64,000 nt of DNA from Octopus sinensis (GCF_006345805.1 NC_042999.1:23746001-23810000); one strand, 5' to 3'; shown: positions 1 through 12,603, counted from the first letter of the stretch. Translations and numbers: made by a program. Notes: generated by a model not told the origin, from the sequence alone.

Positions 1-237
1 ACATCAGAAAGTAAGCGAGCAAGACAAAAAAAAGTAACAAAAATATAGAAAAACCATAAAAATGTGATATATAATTTGCAATATATAATATGTAGAATAA
101 ATTCTTTAGATTTTTTGTTAAACCTTTTACTATTTAATCATTTCCAATGTAATTAGCATTTATACAAAAAATGTTTTTAACACAGTGTTTGTGGTTAATC
201 TACATTTTGTTTCTTTTCATTTGTCTTGCTCGCTTAC

Positions 238-335
238 GTTCTGGTGTTTGCTCAAGTTTCTTGAGAATATTTCTTAGTGGTAAGACCATACCGGATCTAC
301 TGCTAGCATAAGGGTTGTCCACACAGCGGTCGTCA
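238..335 (-). CDS. Candidate downstream coding exon of host gene (DDRCVDNPYASSRSGMVLPLRNILKKLEQTPE)
   Basis: Open and phase-2 compatible with exon 2961-3012; donor GTAAGC at 237-232; acceptor weak (ATGAAAG, no pyrimidine tract). Confidence 0.35.
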
Positions 336-399
336 CTTTCATATGTACATATATATAATATATATATACATATACATACATACACACATATATATATAT

Positions 400-674
400 A
401 TACTTAATAATTAGGGTTCAGCCAAGATTTGCTTAACCACATACCGAAGTTTAGAAATAGCAGCCAAAACCTTAGCAATTTCTTCTACTTTAAAAAGGGA
501 CTCCCAGAGAAACCAAAATACTTGAAAACAATCCATTGTGGATTGTTTTCAAGTATTTTGGTTTCTCTGGGAGTCCCTTTTTAAAGTAGAAGAAATTGCT
601 AAGGTTTTGGCTGCTATTTCTAAACTTCGGTATGTGGTTAAGCAAATCTTTGCTGAACCCTAATTATTAAGTAT
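400..674. repeat. Near-perfect fold-back palindrome of a Penelope pLTR-like family
   Basis: ~136 bp arms around a 3-nt loop (536-538), one mismatch seen; right arm and its continuation to ~760 resemble 31845-32040, which lies downstream of a hammerhead. Confidence 0.9.
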
Positions 675-865
675 TACTTAAGTTTTTTTTCATGCCAAAT
701 TCTACTTGGTGAAATTATTGATTACTTCTTAATTAATTAATTTTACCCTTTGTTATTATATATATATATACAATTGTTTGTTTGTTTCCCACCTGCCTTC
801 ATCTTTTGTCTATTTTCATAAAGCTTCCCGTTATATATATATATATATATTTTTTTTTTTTTGTA

Positions 866-933
866 GCTTATTAAAGATGTCCTCGTACGAAACGATCGTA
901 CCGAGATTTTAATCCATTCTTGTTGCTTTTTTC
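866..933 (+). mobile_element. Penelope pLTR fragment carrying the 3' half of a hammerhead
   Basis: TATTAAAGATGTCCTCGTACGAAACGATCGTACCGAGA aligns with 56455-56520; no 5' core half present. Confidence 0.7.
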
Positions 934-957
934 CTATATATATATATATATATATAG

Positions 958-1016
<59 letters not shown>

Positions 1017-1415
1017 GGCGCAGGAGTGGCTGTGTTGTAAGTAGCTTGCTAACCAACCACATGGTTCCGGGTTCAGTCCCACTGCGTGGCATCTTGGGCA
1101 AGTGTCTTCTACTTTAGCCCCGGGCCGACCAATGCCTTGTGAGTGGATTTGGTAGACGGAAACTGAAAGAAGCCTGTCGTATATATATGTATGTGTGTGT
1201 GTGTGTGTGTGTGTTTGTGTGTCTGTGTTTGTCCCCCTAGCATTACTTGACAACCGATGCTGGTGTGTTTACGTCCCCGTTACTTAGCGGTTCGGCAAAA
1301 GAGACCGATAGAATAAGTACTGGGCTTACAAAGAATAAGTCCCGGGGTCGATTTGTTCAACTAAAGGCGGTGCTCCAGCATGCCCGCAGTCAAATGACTG
1401 TAACAAGTAAAAGAG

Positions 1416-1478
<63 letters not shown>

Positions 1479-1682
1479 ATTTATTTATATATATATAAAG
1501 ATAGATAGATAGATAGATAGATAGGCGCAGGAGTGGCTGTGTTGTAAGTAGCTTGCTAACCAACCACATGGTTGCGGGTTCAGTCCCACTGCGTGGCATC
1601 TTGGGCAAGTGTCTTCTGCTATAGCCCCAGGCCGACCAATGCCTTGTGAGACGGAAACTGAAAGAAGCCTGTCGTATATATG

Positions 1683-1729
<47 letters not shown>

Positions 1730-1926
1730 TTTTGTCCCCCTAGCATTGCTTGACAACCGATGCTGGTGTGTTTACTTCCCCGTCATTAGCGGTTCGGCAA
1801 AAGAGACCGATAAAATAAGTACTGGGCTTACAAAGAATAAGTCCCGGGGTCGATTTGATCGACTAAAGGCGGTGCTCCAGCATGGCCGCAGTCAAATGAC
1901 TGAAACAAGTAAAAGAGTAAAAGAGT
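1017..1926 (+). mobile_element. Two tandem copies of tRNA-derived SINE family A (1017-1416, 1523-1926)
   Basis: GGCGCAGGAGTGGCTGTG head with B-box-like GGTTCAGTCCC, internal (TA)/(TG) tract, AAGAGT tail; further copies at 7372-7747(-), 37175-39345(-, split), 42435-42855(-). Confidence 0.85.
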
Positions 1927-1943
1927 ATATATATATATTTATT

Positions 1944-1980
<37 letters not shown>

Positions 1981-2126
1981 TTATATATAGAGGGCATTAT
2001 ACATACATGCCAGATGGCATTATACATACATGCCACACGCTAAGAGGGACAATTAGTCATTTCTACCAAAAATATTACTAATCCCACCGAATGCAATTTT
2101 TCAAAGTAAGACATTTAAAAAATATA

Positions 2127-2172
2127 GACCTGTATCACAGTGATTTCATACTTACGTATTCATCAGCAGGCC
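2127..2172 (-). ncRNA. Type I hammerhead ribozyme
   Basis: Minus strand: ggcctg CTGATGA atac-gtaa-gtat GAAA tcac-t-gtga TA caggtc; canonical core, all three stems pair, AUA cleavage triplet. Confidence 0.88.
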
Positions 2173-2378
2173 TGGATGTATCATACATAAACGACCCTGC
2201 CTCGCTTAAGTCGATCAGCTAACTGATCAACATCAACGAAGCACATGGGTGAGTTTACATATATTACATGCTGTAAATGTCAGACTTTTTACGAATTGCA
2301 TTTCGGGAAAGGAAAAGTTTTTTCGGAATAAAAATTTAGCAATTAAGGACAACTACTTAATAAGGAAAACTTAACAAG

Positions 2379-2418
<40 letters not shown>

Positions 2419-2555
2419 GAGGGCATTATACATACATGCCAGATGGCATTATACATACATGCCACACGCTAAGAGGGACAATTAGTCATTTCTACCAAAA
2501 ATATTACTAATCCCACCGAATGCAATTTTTCAAAGTAAGACATTTAAAAAATATA

Positions 2556-2601
2556 GACCTGTATCACAGTGATTTCATACTTACGTATTCATCAGCAGGC
2601 C
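2556..2601 (-). ncRNA. Type I hammerhead ribozyme (second tandem copy)
   Basis: Same sequence as 2127-2172, offset 429. Confidence 0.88.
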
Positions 2602-2960
2602 TGGATGTATCATACATAAACGACCCTGCCTCGCTTAAGTCGATCAGCTAACTGATCAACATCAACGAAGCACATGGGTGAGTTTACATATATTACATGC
2701 TGTAAATGTCAGACTTTTTACGAATTGCATTTCGGGAAAGGAAAAGTTTTTTCGGAATAAAAATTTAGCAATTAAGGACAACTACTTAATAAGGAAAACT
2801 TAACAAGAAATTATATATATATATATATATATATACATATTATATATATATTTATATATATAAAGATAGATAGGTAGATTGTAGATAGATAGATATGTGT
2901 GTTTGTGCGTGTGCGTATGTGTGTGCTTGTACATGTACATATACATTTGTATATGCATAC

Positions 2961-3012
2961 ATTGCTGCGAAAATATCTAGTTGATTATTTACGGAAATGG
3001 TGACAGTGATAG
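2961..3012 (-). CDS. Host gene coding exon (TITVTISVNNQLDIFAA)
   Basis: Acceptor TTGTATTTTACCTAG, donor GTATGC; 52 nt, open in phase 1 and continues exon 4659-4697. Confidence 0.55.
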
Positions 3013-3427
3013 CTAGGTAAAATACAACATACATACTAAATTTATTTGAATGAGGTCCAATGAATCTGCCTCTTAGTAAAGAAATTTCATAATAACAACA
3101 AATTCGGATAGAACACAATCCGATAGAATTCGAGATTAGTAATTTGTAAATATAAAATGATATTTTGTAGAATAAATTCTTTAGATGTTTTGTTAAACTT
3201 TTTACTATTTAATCATTTCCAATGTAATTAACATTAATACATAAAGTATTTTTAACACAGTGCTTTCTTATATTTGGATCCCTGTTGTTCCGCTACAACT
3301 TTCATAGCTCGTTTTTGAAATTTGAATATATTTTAACTCTTTTCAAACACATAGTCATTGAGTACTAAGTACAAAGAATGAAGCGAATTTCTCTGAGGAT
3401 TTAACATTTCTGCAGCGTGGAAGATGT

Positions 3428-3642
3428 TTATAATCCATTTAAAAACACACAAAATCCGTTAGATTCACTTCAACATTTAAATTTAATTTGCCAAAATATT
3501 TTCCTTGCTTTGAAACCGCGACCTCTTCACTAACAAAGATCCCTGCTGCCGCGGTCTCAAAGCAACGAAAATATTTTGGCAAATTAAATATAAATGTTGA
3601 AGTGAATCTAAAAGTTTCCGTGTGAATTTAAATGGCTTATAA
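3428..3642. repeat. Inverted repeat with ~90 bp imperfect arms
   Basis: TTAGATTCACTTCAACATTTA...TTTGCCAAAATATTTTC mirrored by GAAAATATTTTGGCAAA...TAAATGTTGAAGTGAATCTAA. Confidence 0.85.
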
Positions 3643-3749
3643 GCACCTTCATTGCTGCAATTATTTTTGTATCAGCACACGATCTCAGATCAGGTCTGAG
3701 ATCGTGCTTCGCAAGTACATCTCCGTTATTAATATTTCTGTTTGTTTCA

Positions 3750-3879
3750 TAGCAAATATAGGGGATTGTTCATCCTCCCATCTCAGGACGTCCAGATCAA
3801 GCGACTTCATATCTCTCTTGCAGACTTCCTTGAAACGAAGATGAAGTCGTCCTCGAGTTCTTGTGCCAGTAGCATGCAT
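3750..3879 (-). mobile_element. RTE-clade LINE C-terminal fragment
   Basis: GTRTRGRLHLRFKEVCKRDMKSLDLDVLRWED resembles the RTE ORF2 C-terminus. Confidence 0.65.
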
Positions 3880-3927
3880 CTATGATATTATTCGTAGGAG
3901 AATGTTCTGCCATCTCTAAATTAAATA

Positions 3928-4576
3928 TTGGGTTGTCCGGAATGTTCGTGCCGATTTATAGCAGGTTACCTTTCGACTTACCCTCCTAGGCACCTCAATT
4001 CTGGGAAGATGGTATTTTCAAGTTAATACGGCGGCGAGCTGGCGGAAACGTTAGCACGCCGGGCGAAATGCTTAGCGGTATTTCGTCTGCAGCTACGTTC
4101 TGAGTTCAAATTCCGCCCAGGTCGACTTTGCCTTTCATCCTTTCAGGGTCGATGAATTAAGTACCAGTTGCGCACTGGGGTCAATGTAATCGACTTAATC
4201 CGTTTGTCTGTCCTTGTTTGTCTCCTCTGTGTTTAACCGCTTGTGGGTAGTAAAGAAATAGGTATTTCGTCCGACGTTACGTTCTGAGTTCAAATTCCGC
4301 CGAGGTCGACTTTGCCTTTCATCCTTTCGGGGTCGATAAATTAAGTACCAGTTACACACTGAGGTCAATGTAATCAACTTAATCCGTTTGTCTGTCCTTG
4401 TTTGTCCCCTCTGTGTTTAACCCCTTGTGGGTAGTAAAAAAATAGGTATTTTCAAGTTAAAGGAAAAATTGTGCAACAAAATAGCTCATGTTTGGTTGAT
4501 TAAAAATGTAATGGCAAGTATTTATTAACATTTTTCTTTCCTTTAAAAATCGGCACGAATTTTCCGGACAGCCCAA
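3928..4576. mobile_element. Tc1/mariner-type MITE interrupted by a SINE dimer
   Basis: TIRs TTGGGTTGTCCGGAATGTTCGTGCCGATTT and AAATCGGCACGAATTTTCCGGACAGCCCAA, each flanked by TA; no transposase. Confidence 0.8.
4027..4444 (+). mobile_element. SINE family B dimer with 16 bp target-site duplication
   Basis: GGTATTTTCAAGTTAA at 4011-4026 and 4445-4460; GGCGGCGAGCTGGC head, GAGTTCAAATTCC B box. Other copies: 6619-6782, 7130-7327(-), 7966-8190, 8560-8725, 9215-9607(-), 40881-41142, 49565-49683, 59110-59310(-). Confidence 0.88.
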
Positions 4577-4658
4577 TAGATATTAAAGTTGCTTTTTAAA
4601 AATTTAACTTATATTACCATCAAGTTGTTTATATATATGTGTGTGTATATATACTTAC

Positions 4659-4697
4659 TGGCACCTCCTCTGGCTGGCAGAATAATTGCAGGGAAAG
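4659..4697 (-). CDS. 39-nt host coding exon (AFPAIILPARGGA), end of signal peptide
   Basis: Strong acceptor TTCTGGTTTCTTTATTTCAG and donor GTAAGT; phase 1/1. Confidence 0.65.
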
Positions 4698-4810
4698 CTG
4701 AAATAAAGAAACCAGAATGTTAGAAATGAACAGAACAAAAGACGCGTTCTTTGTAAGAAATCTACAATGAAAAGAAGATCTTTTGTTGAATAGTGAAGAT
4801 TTGATCTTAC

Positions 4811-4850
4811 CAATTATTGCAAGCAGTTTCAATGTTCCCACGTTAAACAT
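4811..4850 (-). CDS. First coding exon of a host secreted or membrane protein ([13 protein letters not shown])
   Basis: ATG at 4850, donor GTAAGA at 4810-4805; joins 4659-4697 in frame across a 113-nt intron to give a hydrophobic signal-peptide-like N-terminus. Confidence 0.62.
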
Positions 4851-5035
4851 GTTGCTCTGTGAATACTCGGCAAATGATGTACGTTCCTCATATCTTCACA
4901 TCTATATATACAGAGATGTATATATGCACGTGTGTGTGTATGTGTGTGTGCCTGTGTGCGTGTGTGTGAATGTAAGCAAGTGTATGTATTTGTATAAGCG
5001 TGTATATGGCCTTGATTTTTATACGTGTTTATCTC

Positions 5036-5078
<43 letters not shown>

Positions 5079-5255
5079 ATGTTTGTATATATGTGTGTAT
5101 ATCTATATACATAAAAGCCAACATGCTTGCATACATACGTGCATACGAGTTTGTTTTTTAATATCACCGAATTTGGTATCTTCATACATCAATCGAATTA
5201 TATGTGAGCGTGTGGATTTATACATACATACATACACACATACATACATACATAC

Positions 5256-5356
<101 letters not shown>

Positions 5357-5814
5357 CGTCTGTGTGTATTTATGTAAATATATATATATATACGCATATA
5401 TGCATATATATAATTATTTATTATATATATGTGTGTTTTATGTGTGTTTGTGTGTGGAAGTGTAGAGTATATATGTTTGTGCATGTGTGCTGCAGTGTTT
5501 CGTTTCTTTTATTGGATTCCTATAAAAGAAAAAGGAAGAAAGAAGAAAACAAGAAAATAAACTTAATACTGACAGGTGTTTACTTTTTAATGTTTGAAAT
5601 CACGTTTGAAAACATTGTCAATATTTATTTCAATTCTTACAGATAATCATCAACATTCTGACACAACGTTCAATAAGTGAACTGTTGTTTTAACGCATTT
5701 TTAGAACCTCAACGATTAAGTACACGCCTTATGGCATCTGTTGCCAGTTTACTTAATCACGTTCAAGGCTTGTTTTAAATCATATTACATAACATAAAGA
5801 CATATCGATATTCT

Positions 5815-5940
5815 TATTCTTTTATTATTATTATTATTATTATTATGATTATTATTATTATTATATATTATTATTATTATCATTATTATTATTATATCAT
5901 TATTATTACCATTATTTTATTATTATTATTATTATTATTA

Positions 5941-5973
<33 letters not shown>

Positions 5974-6057
5974 CATTATTATTACCATTATTATTATTAT
6001 TATTATTATGATTATTATTATTATTATCATTATTATTATTATTATCATTATTATTAC

Positions 6058-6108
<51 letters not shown>

Positions 6109-6139
6109 CATTATTATATTATTATTATCATTATATTAC

Positions 6140-6205
<66 letters not shown>

Positions 6206-6262
6206 CATTATTATTACCATTATTATTATTATTATTATGATTATTATTATCATTATTATTAC

Positions 6263-6304
<42 letters not shown>

Positions 6305-6432
6305 CATTATTATTATTATTATCATTATTATTACCATTATTATTATTATTATTATTATGATTATTATTATCATTATTATTATCATTATTATTATTATTAT
6401 TATTATTATCATTATTATTATCATCATTATTA

Positions 6433-6470
<38 letters not shown>

Positions 6471-6615
6471 TATTATCATTATTAATCATCATTATTTTAT
6501 TATTATTATTATTATTATTATATTATTATTATTATTATCATTATTATTATCATCATCATATTATTATTATTATTATTATTATCATTTTATTATTATTATT
6601 ATTATTAATATTATT
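5815..6615. repeat. (TAT)n/(CAT)n microsatellite, ~800 bp
   Basis: Direct reading. Confidence 0.97.
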
Positions 6616-7827
6616 AATGCAGCGAGCTGGCAGAATCTTTAGCACACCGGGCAAAATGATTACCAGCATTTCGTCCGTCTTTACGTTCTGAGTTCAAATT
6701 CCGCCGGGGTCGATTTTGCTTTTCATCCTTTCGAGGTCGGTAAAATAAGTATCAGTTACGTAATTGGGTTGATGTAGTCGAAAAAAAATTGATGAGTGGA
6801 AAAAAAAATCGATAAACCTATTCCTTATGGGATTACCCAATCAATTTGTCTGCAACTCATTTTCAGCCAAAGGTTTACCAATTTCAACGCATTTCGCCCA
6901 AATTTGACGTCCCCACCCAAATTTCAGGTCTTCTGCTTATAGCAGGAAGGAGATCCTTATTCTTTTTATTTAGTCAGGACATGCTCATAGAATGCTTAAC
7001 GAAAGCCAAACACAGTTACAACATTGATTTTCCGGAACTTTAGTTTCAAAGGCCTTTCCGGATTACTGATTATTTCCGAAGCAAGAATTGTCATCGCAAG
7101 ATTGAACAAATATCGGTTTCAGATTTTGACCCAAGATCAGTAATTTGGTGGAGAGGGGAAAGTTGAATGCAATGACCCCAGTGCTCAACTGGTACCTATT
7201 TTATCGACCCGAAAAGGATAAAAAGAAAACTCGACCTACTAGGAATTTGAACACGGAACTCAAGGGCGGACAAAATGCCGCTAAGCACTTTGTCTGACGT
7301 GGTAACGATTTTGCCTACTCACCGCCTTAAATTAAACAAATAATTAAATGAAATTTGATACCGGCACATACTCTTTCAGTCTTTTACATTTTTCAGTCAT
7401 TCGACTACGGCTATGCTGGAGCACCGCCTTTAGTCTAACAAATGACCCCAGGACATATTCTTTGTAAGCCGAGTACTTATTCTATCGGTCCTCTTTTTAC
7501 CGAAGCGCAAAGCGATTGGGATGTAAACACACCAACGTCGGTTGTTAAGCGATGGTGTGTGGAGGTAGCAAACACAGACACAAGTAACAAATACATACAT
7601 ATATACGACGGGCCTCTTTCAGTTTCTGTCTACTCACAGGGATTTAATCAGCCCGAGGCACTTGCCCAAGGTGCCACACAGTGGGACTGAACCCAGAACC
7701 ATGTGGGTGAGAAGCAAGCTTCTTACCACACAGCCACTCCTGTGCCTAGTAGAAATACTAAAAGTGTATCAATATTTTACTGTGAAACAGGGCCGCTTAA
7801 TAAAGTAATCTGGCTGCTGCGAAAATT

Positions 7828-7900
7828 TGAAGTTCCTTTTGAAAATTGGTGTGGATTGTAAAGTTGAAGTTCCTTTTGAAAATTGGTGTGGATTGTAAAG
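7828..7900. repeat. ~37 bp tandem duplication
   Basis: TTGAAGTTCCTTTTGAAAATTGGTGTGGATTGTAAAG occurs twice. Confidence 0.85.
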
Positions 7901-8239
7901 AGATCCTGGATCATGAGTGACGGTATTTTTTATGTTGTATCTATTTTTCATATTTGATTAATGAAAGGTGGCGAGCTGGCACAAACGTTAGCACGCCGGG
8001 CGAAATGCTAAGCGGTATTTCGCCTATCGTTACGTTCTGAGTTCAAATTCCGCCGATGTCGACATTGTCTTTCATCCTTTCGGGGTCGATAAATAAAGTA
8101 CAAGTTTCGCATTGGGGTCGATGTAATCGACTTTATCCCTTTCACGGTCCTTGTTTGTCCCTTCTATGTTTAGCCCCTTGTGGGCTATGACAGGGAAATA
8201 TTAAAAAAAACATGTTCAAAAATATATTAAATATATTAA

Positions 8240-8495
8240 GTGGAGGCACATGGCCTATAGATTAGAGCAGCGTACTCGCGGTCGAGGGAACATGGGTTCG
8301 AATCTCACACTGGGCGATGAATGTTCTTATGAGCGAAACACCTAAAGCGGCTCTGGCAGAAAGTAATGGCAAACTTCTGCTGAATTTCGCAGCAACTTTC
8401 TCTCACTCTTTCCTCCTGCATCTAGACGCTCACCTGCTACGGATCAGCGTCACGTCCAGGTGAGGAACCTATACGCAAATGAAACCCGGAAACAG
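8240..8495 (+). mobile_element. tRNA-derived SINE family D (second copy 57963-58322)
   Basis: GTGGAGGCACATGGCC...TTAGAGCAGCG.ACTCGCGGTCG...GGTTCGAATCTC head shared with 57963. Confidence 0.75.
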
Positions 8496-8756
8496 AGAAG
8501 TAACGAACAACATACATATATTAAAATATCACATTTCACATTACTACATTATTTATTAGCACACTGAGCGAAATGCTTAGCAGTATTTCGCCCGTCGCTA
8601 CGTTCTGAGTTCAAATTCCGCTGAGGTCGATTTTGCCTTTCCTCCTTTTGACGTCGATAAATTAAATACCAACGAAATCGATTTGTCCCCTCCCCCAAAA
8701 CTTCAGGTCTTATGCCTATAATAGGAAGGACTATTTGTCTGCTCTAGTAAACTCAC

Positions 8757-8810
8757 ATCGCAGGAGATACAACGGTCAGGAAACAGTATACGATGCTCTT
8801 CATTTATATA
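8757..8810 (-). promoter_or_regulatory. Candidate TATA box and short non-coding first exon of the host gene
   Basis: TATATAAA at 8810-8803 and consensus donor GTGAGT at 8756-8751 on the same strand as the coding exons. Confidence 0.3.
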
Positions 8811-10259
8811 TGCATGCGTGTATACTTTGCGTTTATATGTATGTGTAGGTGAATGTATGTATTTGTATAATCGTGTATATGGTGTATATTTAAATGTGTG
8901 TATTTCTCTGTGAATGTATATATGATTCCAGTATTTTGATAAGAGTGAAGTCACCGCAAGAACGAAGTTCTAGATTGTTGAATTCTTTAGGAAAATCTAT
9001 TGCCATAGGCACAGAAACTATCATTGTACGAATATTTGATAAACGTTCTATTTTTTTGACAAGGCTAACGATTTTGAGGGGACTGGCAATTGATTACGTC
9101 GCCGCCAGTACTCGATGGTCCCTTATTTTATCGATACTGAAAGAATGAAAAGCTAAGTCAGTTTCGGCAGAATTCAAGTTCGGAACAAAAAGAGGATTCT
9201 GTCAATATTGATTTCAAATTTTGATACAAGGCCAGCAATTTCCGAGAGGTGGTAAGTCGAGTGCATCGACCCCAGTACTCAAATGGTTTTTATTTTGTTG
9301 ACACCGAAAGGATGAAAGTCAAAGTCGACCATGGCGGAACTTGAACGCAGAACGGGAAGACGGACGAATTGCCTATTTCTTTACTACCCACAAGGGGCCA
9401 AACATAGGGTGGACAAACAAGGACAGACAAAGGGATTAAGTCGATTACATCGATCACAGTGTGTAACTGGTACTTCTTTTTTTTAATCGACCCCGAAAGG
9501 ATGTAAGGCAAAGTCGACCTCGGCGGAATTTGAACTCACAACGTAACGCAGACGAAATACCGCTAAGCATTTCGCCCGGCGTGCTAACGTTTCGGCCAGC
9601 TCGCCGCCTAATGAATATTCAATATTAACATCATTCCAACCATTGTCAAGGCAGTGTAATAACCGTCTCTTTCCACCTGTCTATCATTGTTGGTTTCAGT
9701 TCTTCTGTACTTGCTATTTGTGTATCCAACTTGTTCAAATTTCTTTGCACTCAATGTTTTGTTTTTTTCAATCTCAAATATCATGCAAAGCATATTTTAT
9801 TATTTAGCAATTCAAACCCCGGTGTGATGGCAGAGTCTTATTTTATTGAACCCCCTTTCGGTGACCTGCTGGCAGAAGAGAGCAAAGATTTGATAAAGAT
9901 TGACCCACTGAGAATAGAATACACTGGGTGTGTCATATACATTTACCCATTATGTAAACAATTAATTATCCATTATTCAAACATAAATCAATGCAGTCTT
10001 ATTCGTAAACATAGTTGCAGATGTTGCATAACGTTTGTTAACGTTCTTTTGTTTTATTGTTCGCCTTTAATTAAATATGGTGGCTCATACAACACGTGAA
10101 CAAATTGTAACATTGAAAATGGCTGGGATAAAGGATTGCAAAGTGAAAATGGCAAGTATAAATAGTTAAGGGCTATAGTGAAAGGAAAGGAGACGATTTT
10201 GAATTGTAAATATATGTAAAACTATAGGAGACGATTTTGAATTGTAAATATATGTAAAA

Positions 10260-10651
10260 CTAGCAGTATCGCCCGGCGTTGCTAGGGTTTGGTTCGACCC
10301 TTTAGAATTGGAATTTTTGAAAAGTAAAATTTTTCCATTATGTAGCTTGTTATTCTCTTTGAGTGAACATTTTTCTGGTCGAAATACACCGAAAAATAGC
10401 GACACCACAGTCAAAAAATCGTAAAAAATAGGGATTTTCATAGAAAAAAAGCACCTTTTTGATGTAAATAATTTTTGGTGTAAACATGGTTCGATTTGAA
10501 TTTTTTCTACTACGGAAGGAAGAGCAAGCCTTCTTCTATCATACTCTCAATTTTGATCAATTTGCGCCGCAGGGTCTCGGAGGAGATAGTGTTAGTTGAA
10601 GCCTACAAAACCTGCCATACACAGACAACTTCAGCTTTATATAGAGAGAGA
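10260..10651 (-). mobile_element. Non-autonomous Helitron
   Basis: Minus strand starts A|TCTCTC and ends CAACGCCGGGCGATACTG-CTAG|T; same 3' end at 16097 and 43236-43324. Confidence 0.82.
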
Positions 10652-10964
10652 TTGATAATATAGGTATATAACAATCAAGCTCTACATTTTCATCATCCAA
10701 GACCTAGAACTTTATATTGTATGATAAAATAAATAATGGCTAAATGCGAGTATATAAACCGCCCTCACTATATGAGAAAAGCAAAACACAACATATTGAT
10801 ATTCATAAGCATATGAAAATAATAGCAGGTTTAATAGGGAACTAGAACAATGTACGACTTGAATTTAATTTTGCAGTGCTCTGGGCTATGATTTATATTG
10901 TATTACAATTCATCGTTCAGATTCCATGTGTTAGCTTTCGCAATTTAGTAAATTTATCAATAAG

Positions 10965-11715
10965 ACGGTAAGCAGGCAGAATTGTGAGCACGCCGGGCGA
11001 AATGCTTAGCGGTACTTCGTTTGCCGCTACGTTCTGAGTTCAAATTCCGCCGATGTCGACTTTGCCTTTCATCCTTTCGGAGTCGATAAAGTAAGTAACA
11101 GTTACGCACTGGGGTCGATGTAATCGACTTAATCCGGTTGTCTGTCCTTGTTTGTCCCCTCTGTGTTTAGCTCTTTGTGGGTAGTAAAGAAATAGGTACT
11201 TCGTCTGCTGCTACGTTCTGAGTTCAAATTCCGCCGAGGTTGACTTTGCCTTTCATCCTTTCGAGGTTGATTAGATAAGTACCAGTTACGCACTGGGGTC
11301 GATATGATCGACTTACTCCGTTTGTCTGTCCTTGTTTGTCCCCCTCTGTGTGTAGCCCTTTGTGGGCAATAAAGCAATAAGAATCGTTAGTACGCCGGGC
11401 GAAATGCTTAGTGCTATTTTGTCAGTCGTTACGTTCTGAATTCAAATTCCGCCGAGGTCGACTTCACCTTTCATCTTTTCGGGGTCGATTAAATAAGTAC
11501 TAGTTGCGCACTGGGGTCGATATGATCGACTTAATCCATTTGTCTGTATTTGTTTGTCCCCTCTGTGTGTAGCCCTTTGTGGGCAGTAAAGAAAAAAGAA
11601 TCATTACCACGCCGGGCGAAATGCTTAGCGCTATTTTTTCTGTGCTTACGTTCTGAGTTGGAATTCCGCCGAGGTCGATTTTTCCTTTTGAGGCGGATAA
11701 AATAAGTACCGGTTG
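10965..11715 (+). mobile_element. Head-to-tail array of four SINE B units
   Basis: Repeated GTTCTGAGTTCAAATTCCGCCGAGGTCGAC units with tail-to-internal junctions. Confidence 0.85.
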
Positions 11716-12019
11716 AGCAACTTTACTCCTGGATATGAGTATAAAAGCTGCACACCTCTGCCAAGCCATGTCAATCCAATGTGCCAGAATACGATCACCA
11801 AACCAGTATGTTCTCAAGTTCAAAATCACGGCCTCCACCTCAGACCGTGGTTGTTGGAGAGAACATGCTGAGGCCTTCGTCCTTCAGTGGACTGAACATG
11901 GCCAAAAAAAAAAAAAAGGATATGATTTATCAGTTAAAGCTTAAGCATTCGATCGTAATTTTAACAAGATCGATAGAAGAAGAGAATCGATGACCCAACT
12001 CTCCAATCACTAAACGAGT

Positions 12020-12330
12020 AAAGACCCCCCTCGGTCTTGAATGACCATGGGATTGTGCCTACAAAGTTACCCTCCGAGGCAAGGTTTTTATGGAAGACCA
12101 GCAGTCACCCATGCATACCAGCCTCCTCCTCTCCACACCATCAAAGGAAAGGGAAAGGCCGATACAGCTTGGCACCAGTGACGTGGCAGCACATTGCTAC
12201 AGCTGAGTGAACTGGAGCAACATGAAATAAAGTGTCTTGCTCAAGAGCACAACACACAGCCTTGTTCAGGAATCGAACTCACTACTTCATGATTGTGAGT
12301 CCGATGCTCTCACCATTGACCCATGCGCTT
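12020..12330 (-). mobile_element. SINE family C (paralogue 41449-41680)
   Basis: tRNA-like head on minus strand (GAGTTCGATTCC B box). Confidence 0.65.
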
Positions 12331-12565
12331 CAACAATAAGCAATATATTATGGACAACTAAGGATTAAGTACTTACGGGCTGTTACGTGAATATCAATAC
12401 AAACACTAGGTAAAAATATAAAAACACGAAACATTAAATTATTTGTTGTGTGATTATAAATCGATATTTATCGGAAATAAACAATCTGCTGGAGTGCAAA
12501 ACACAAGTTTTATATAAATATATATATATATATATATTTGCGCACGCATGTGTGTTTGTGCGTGC

Positions 12566-12603
<38 letters not shown>

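Larger units (their letters stand above)
1991..2811 (-). repeat. Tandem duplication, 429 bp period, each unit with a hammerhead, units separated by (TA)n
   Basis: AGGGCATTAT recurs at 1991 and 2420; units look identical by eye. Confidence 0.92.

Noticed and set aside
3487-3540. Hammerhead-like motif on minus strand (tttgtta GTGAAGA...GAAA atat TT tggcaaa)
   Set aside because: Positions 3 and 8 (G/G) cannot pair and stem II is broken; at most a decayed relic.
2961-4850. Naming the host gene as transcobalamin/intrinsic-factor-like
   Set aside because: Only a vague resemblance over fewer than 20 residues; needs a profile search.
5845-6691. Poly-I/Y/L ORFs, and similar YI, CMYV and LSIY ORFs elsewhere such as 35284-36731
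   Set aside because: Translations of microsatellites; no coding signal.
8240-8315. tRNA gene, also considered for other A/B-box heads
   Set aside because: No complete cloverleaf; continues into a SINE body present in multiple copies.
9731-10099. 122-aa ORF duplicated at 49099-49476
   Set aside because: Similarity is explained by the segmental duplication; N-terminal frames differ between copies and no motif is recognisable.
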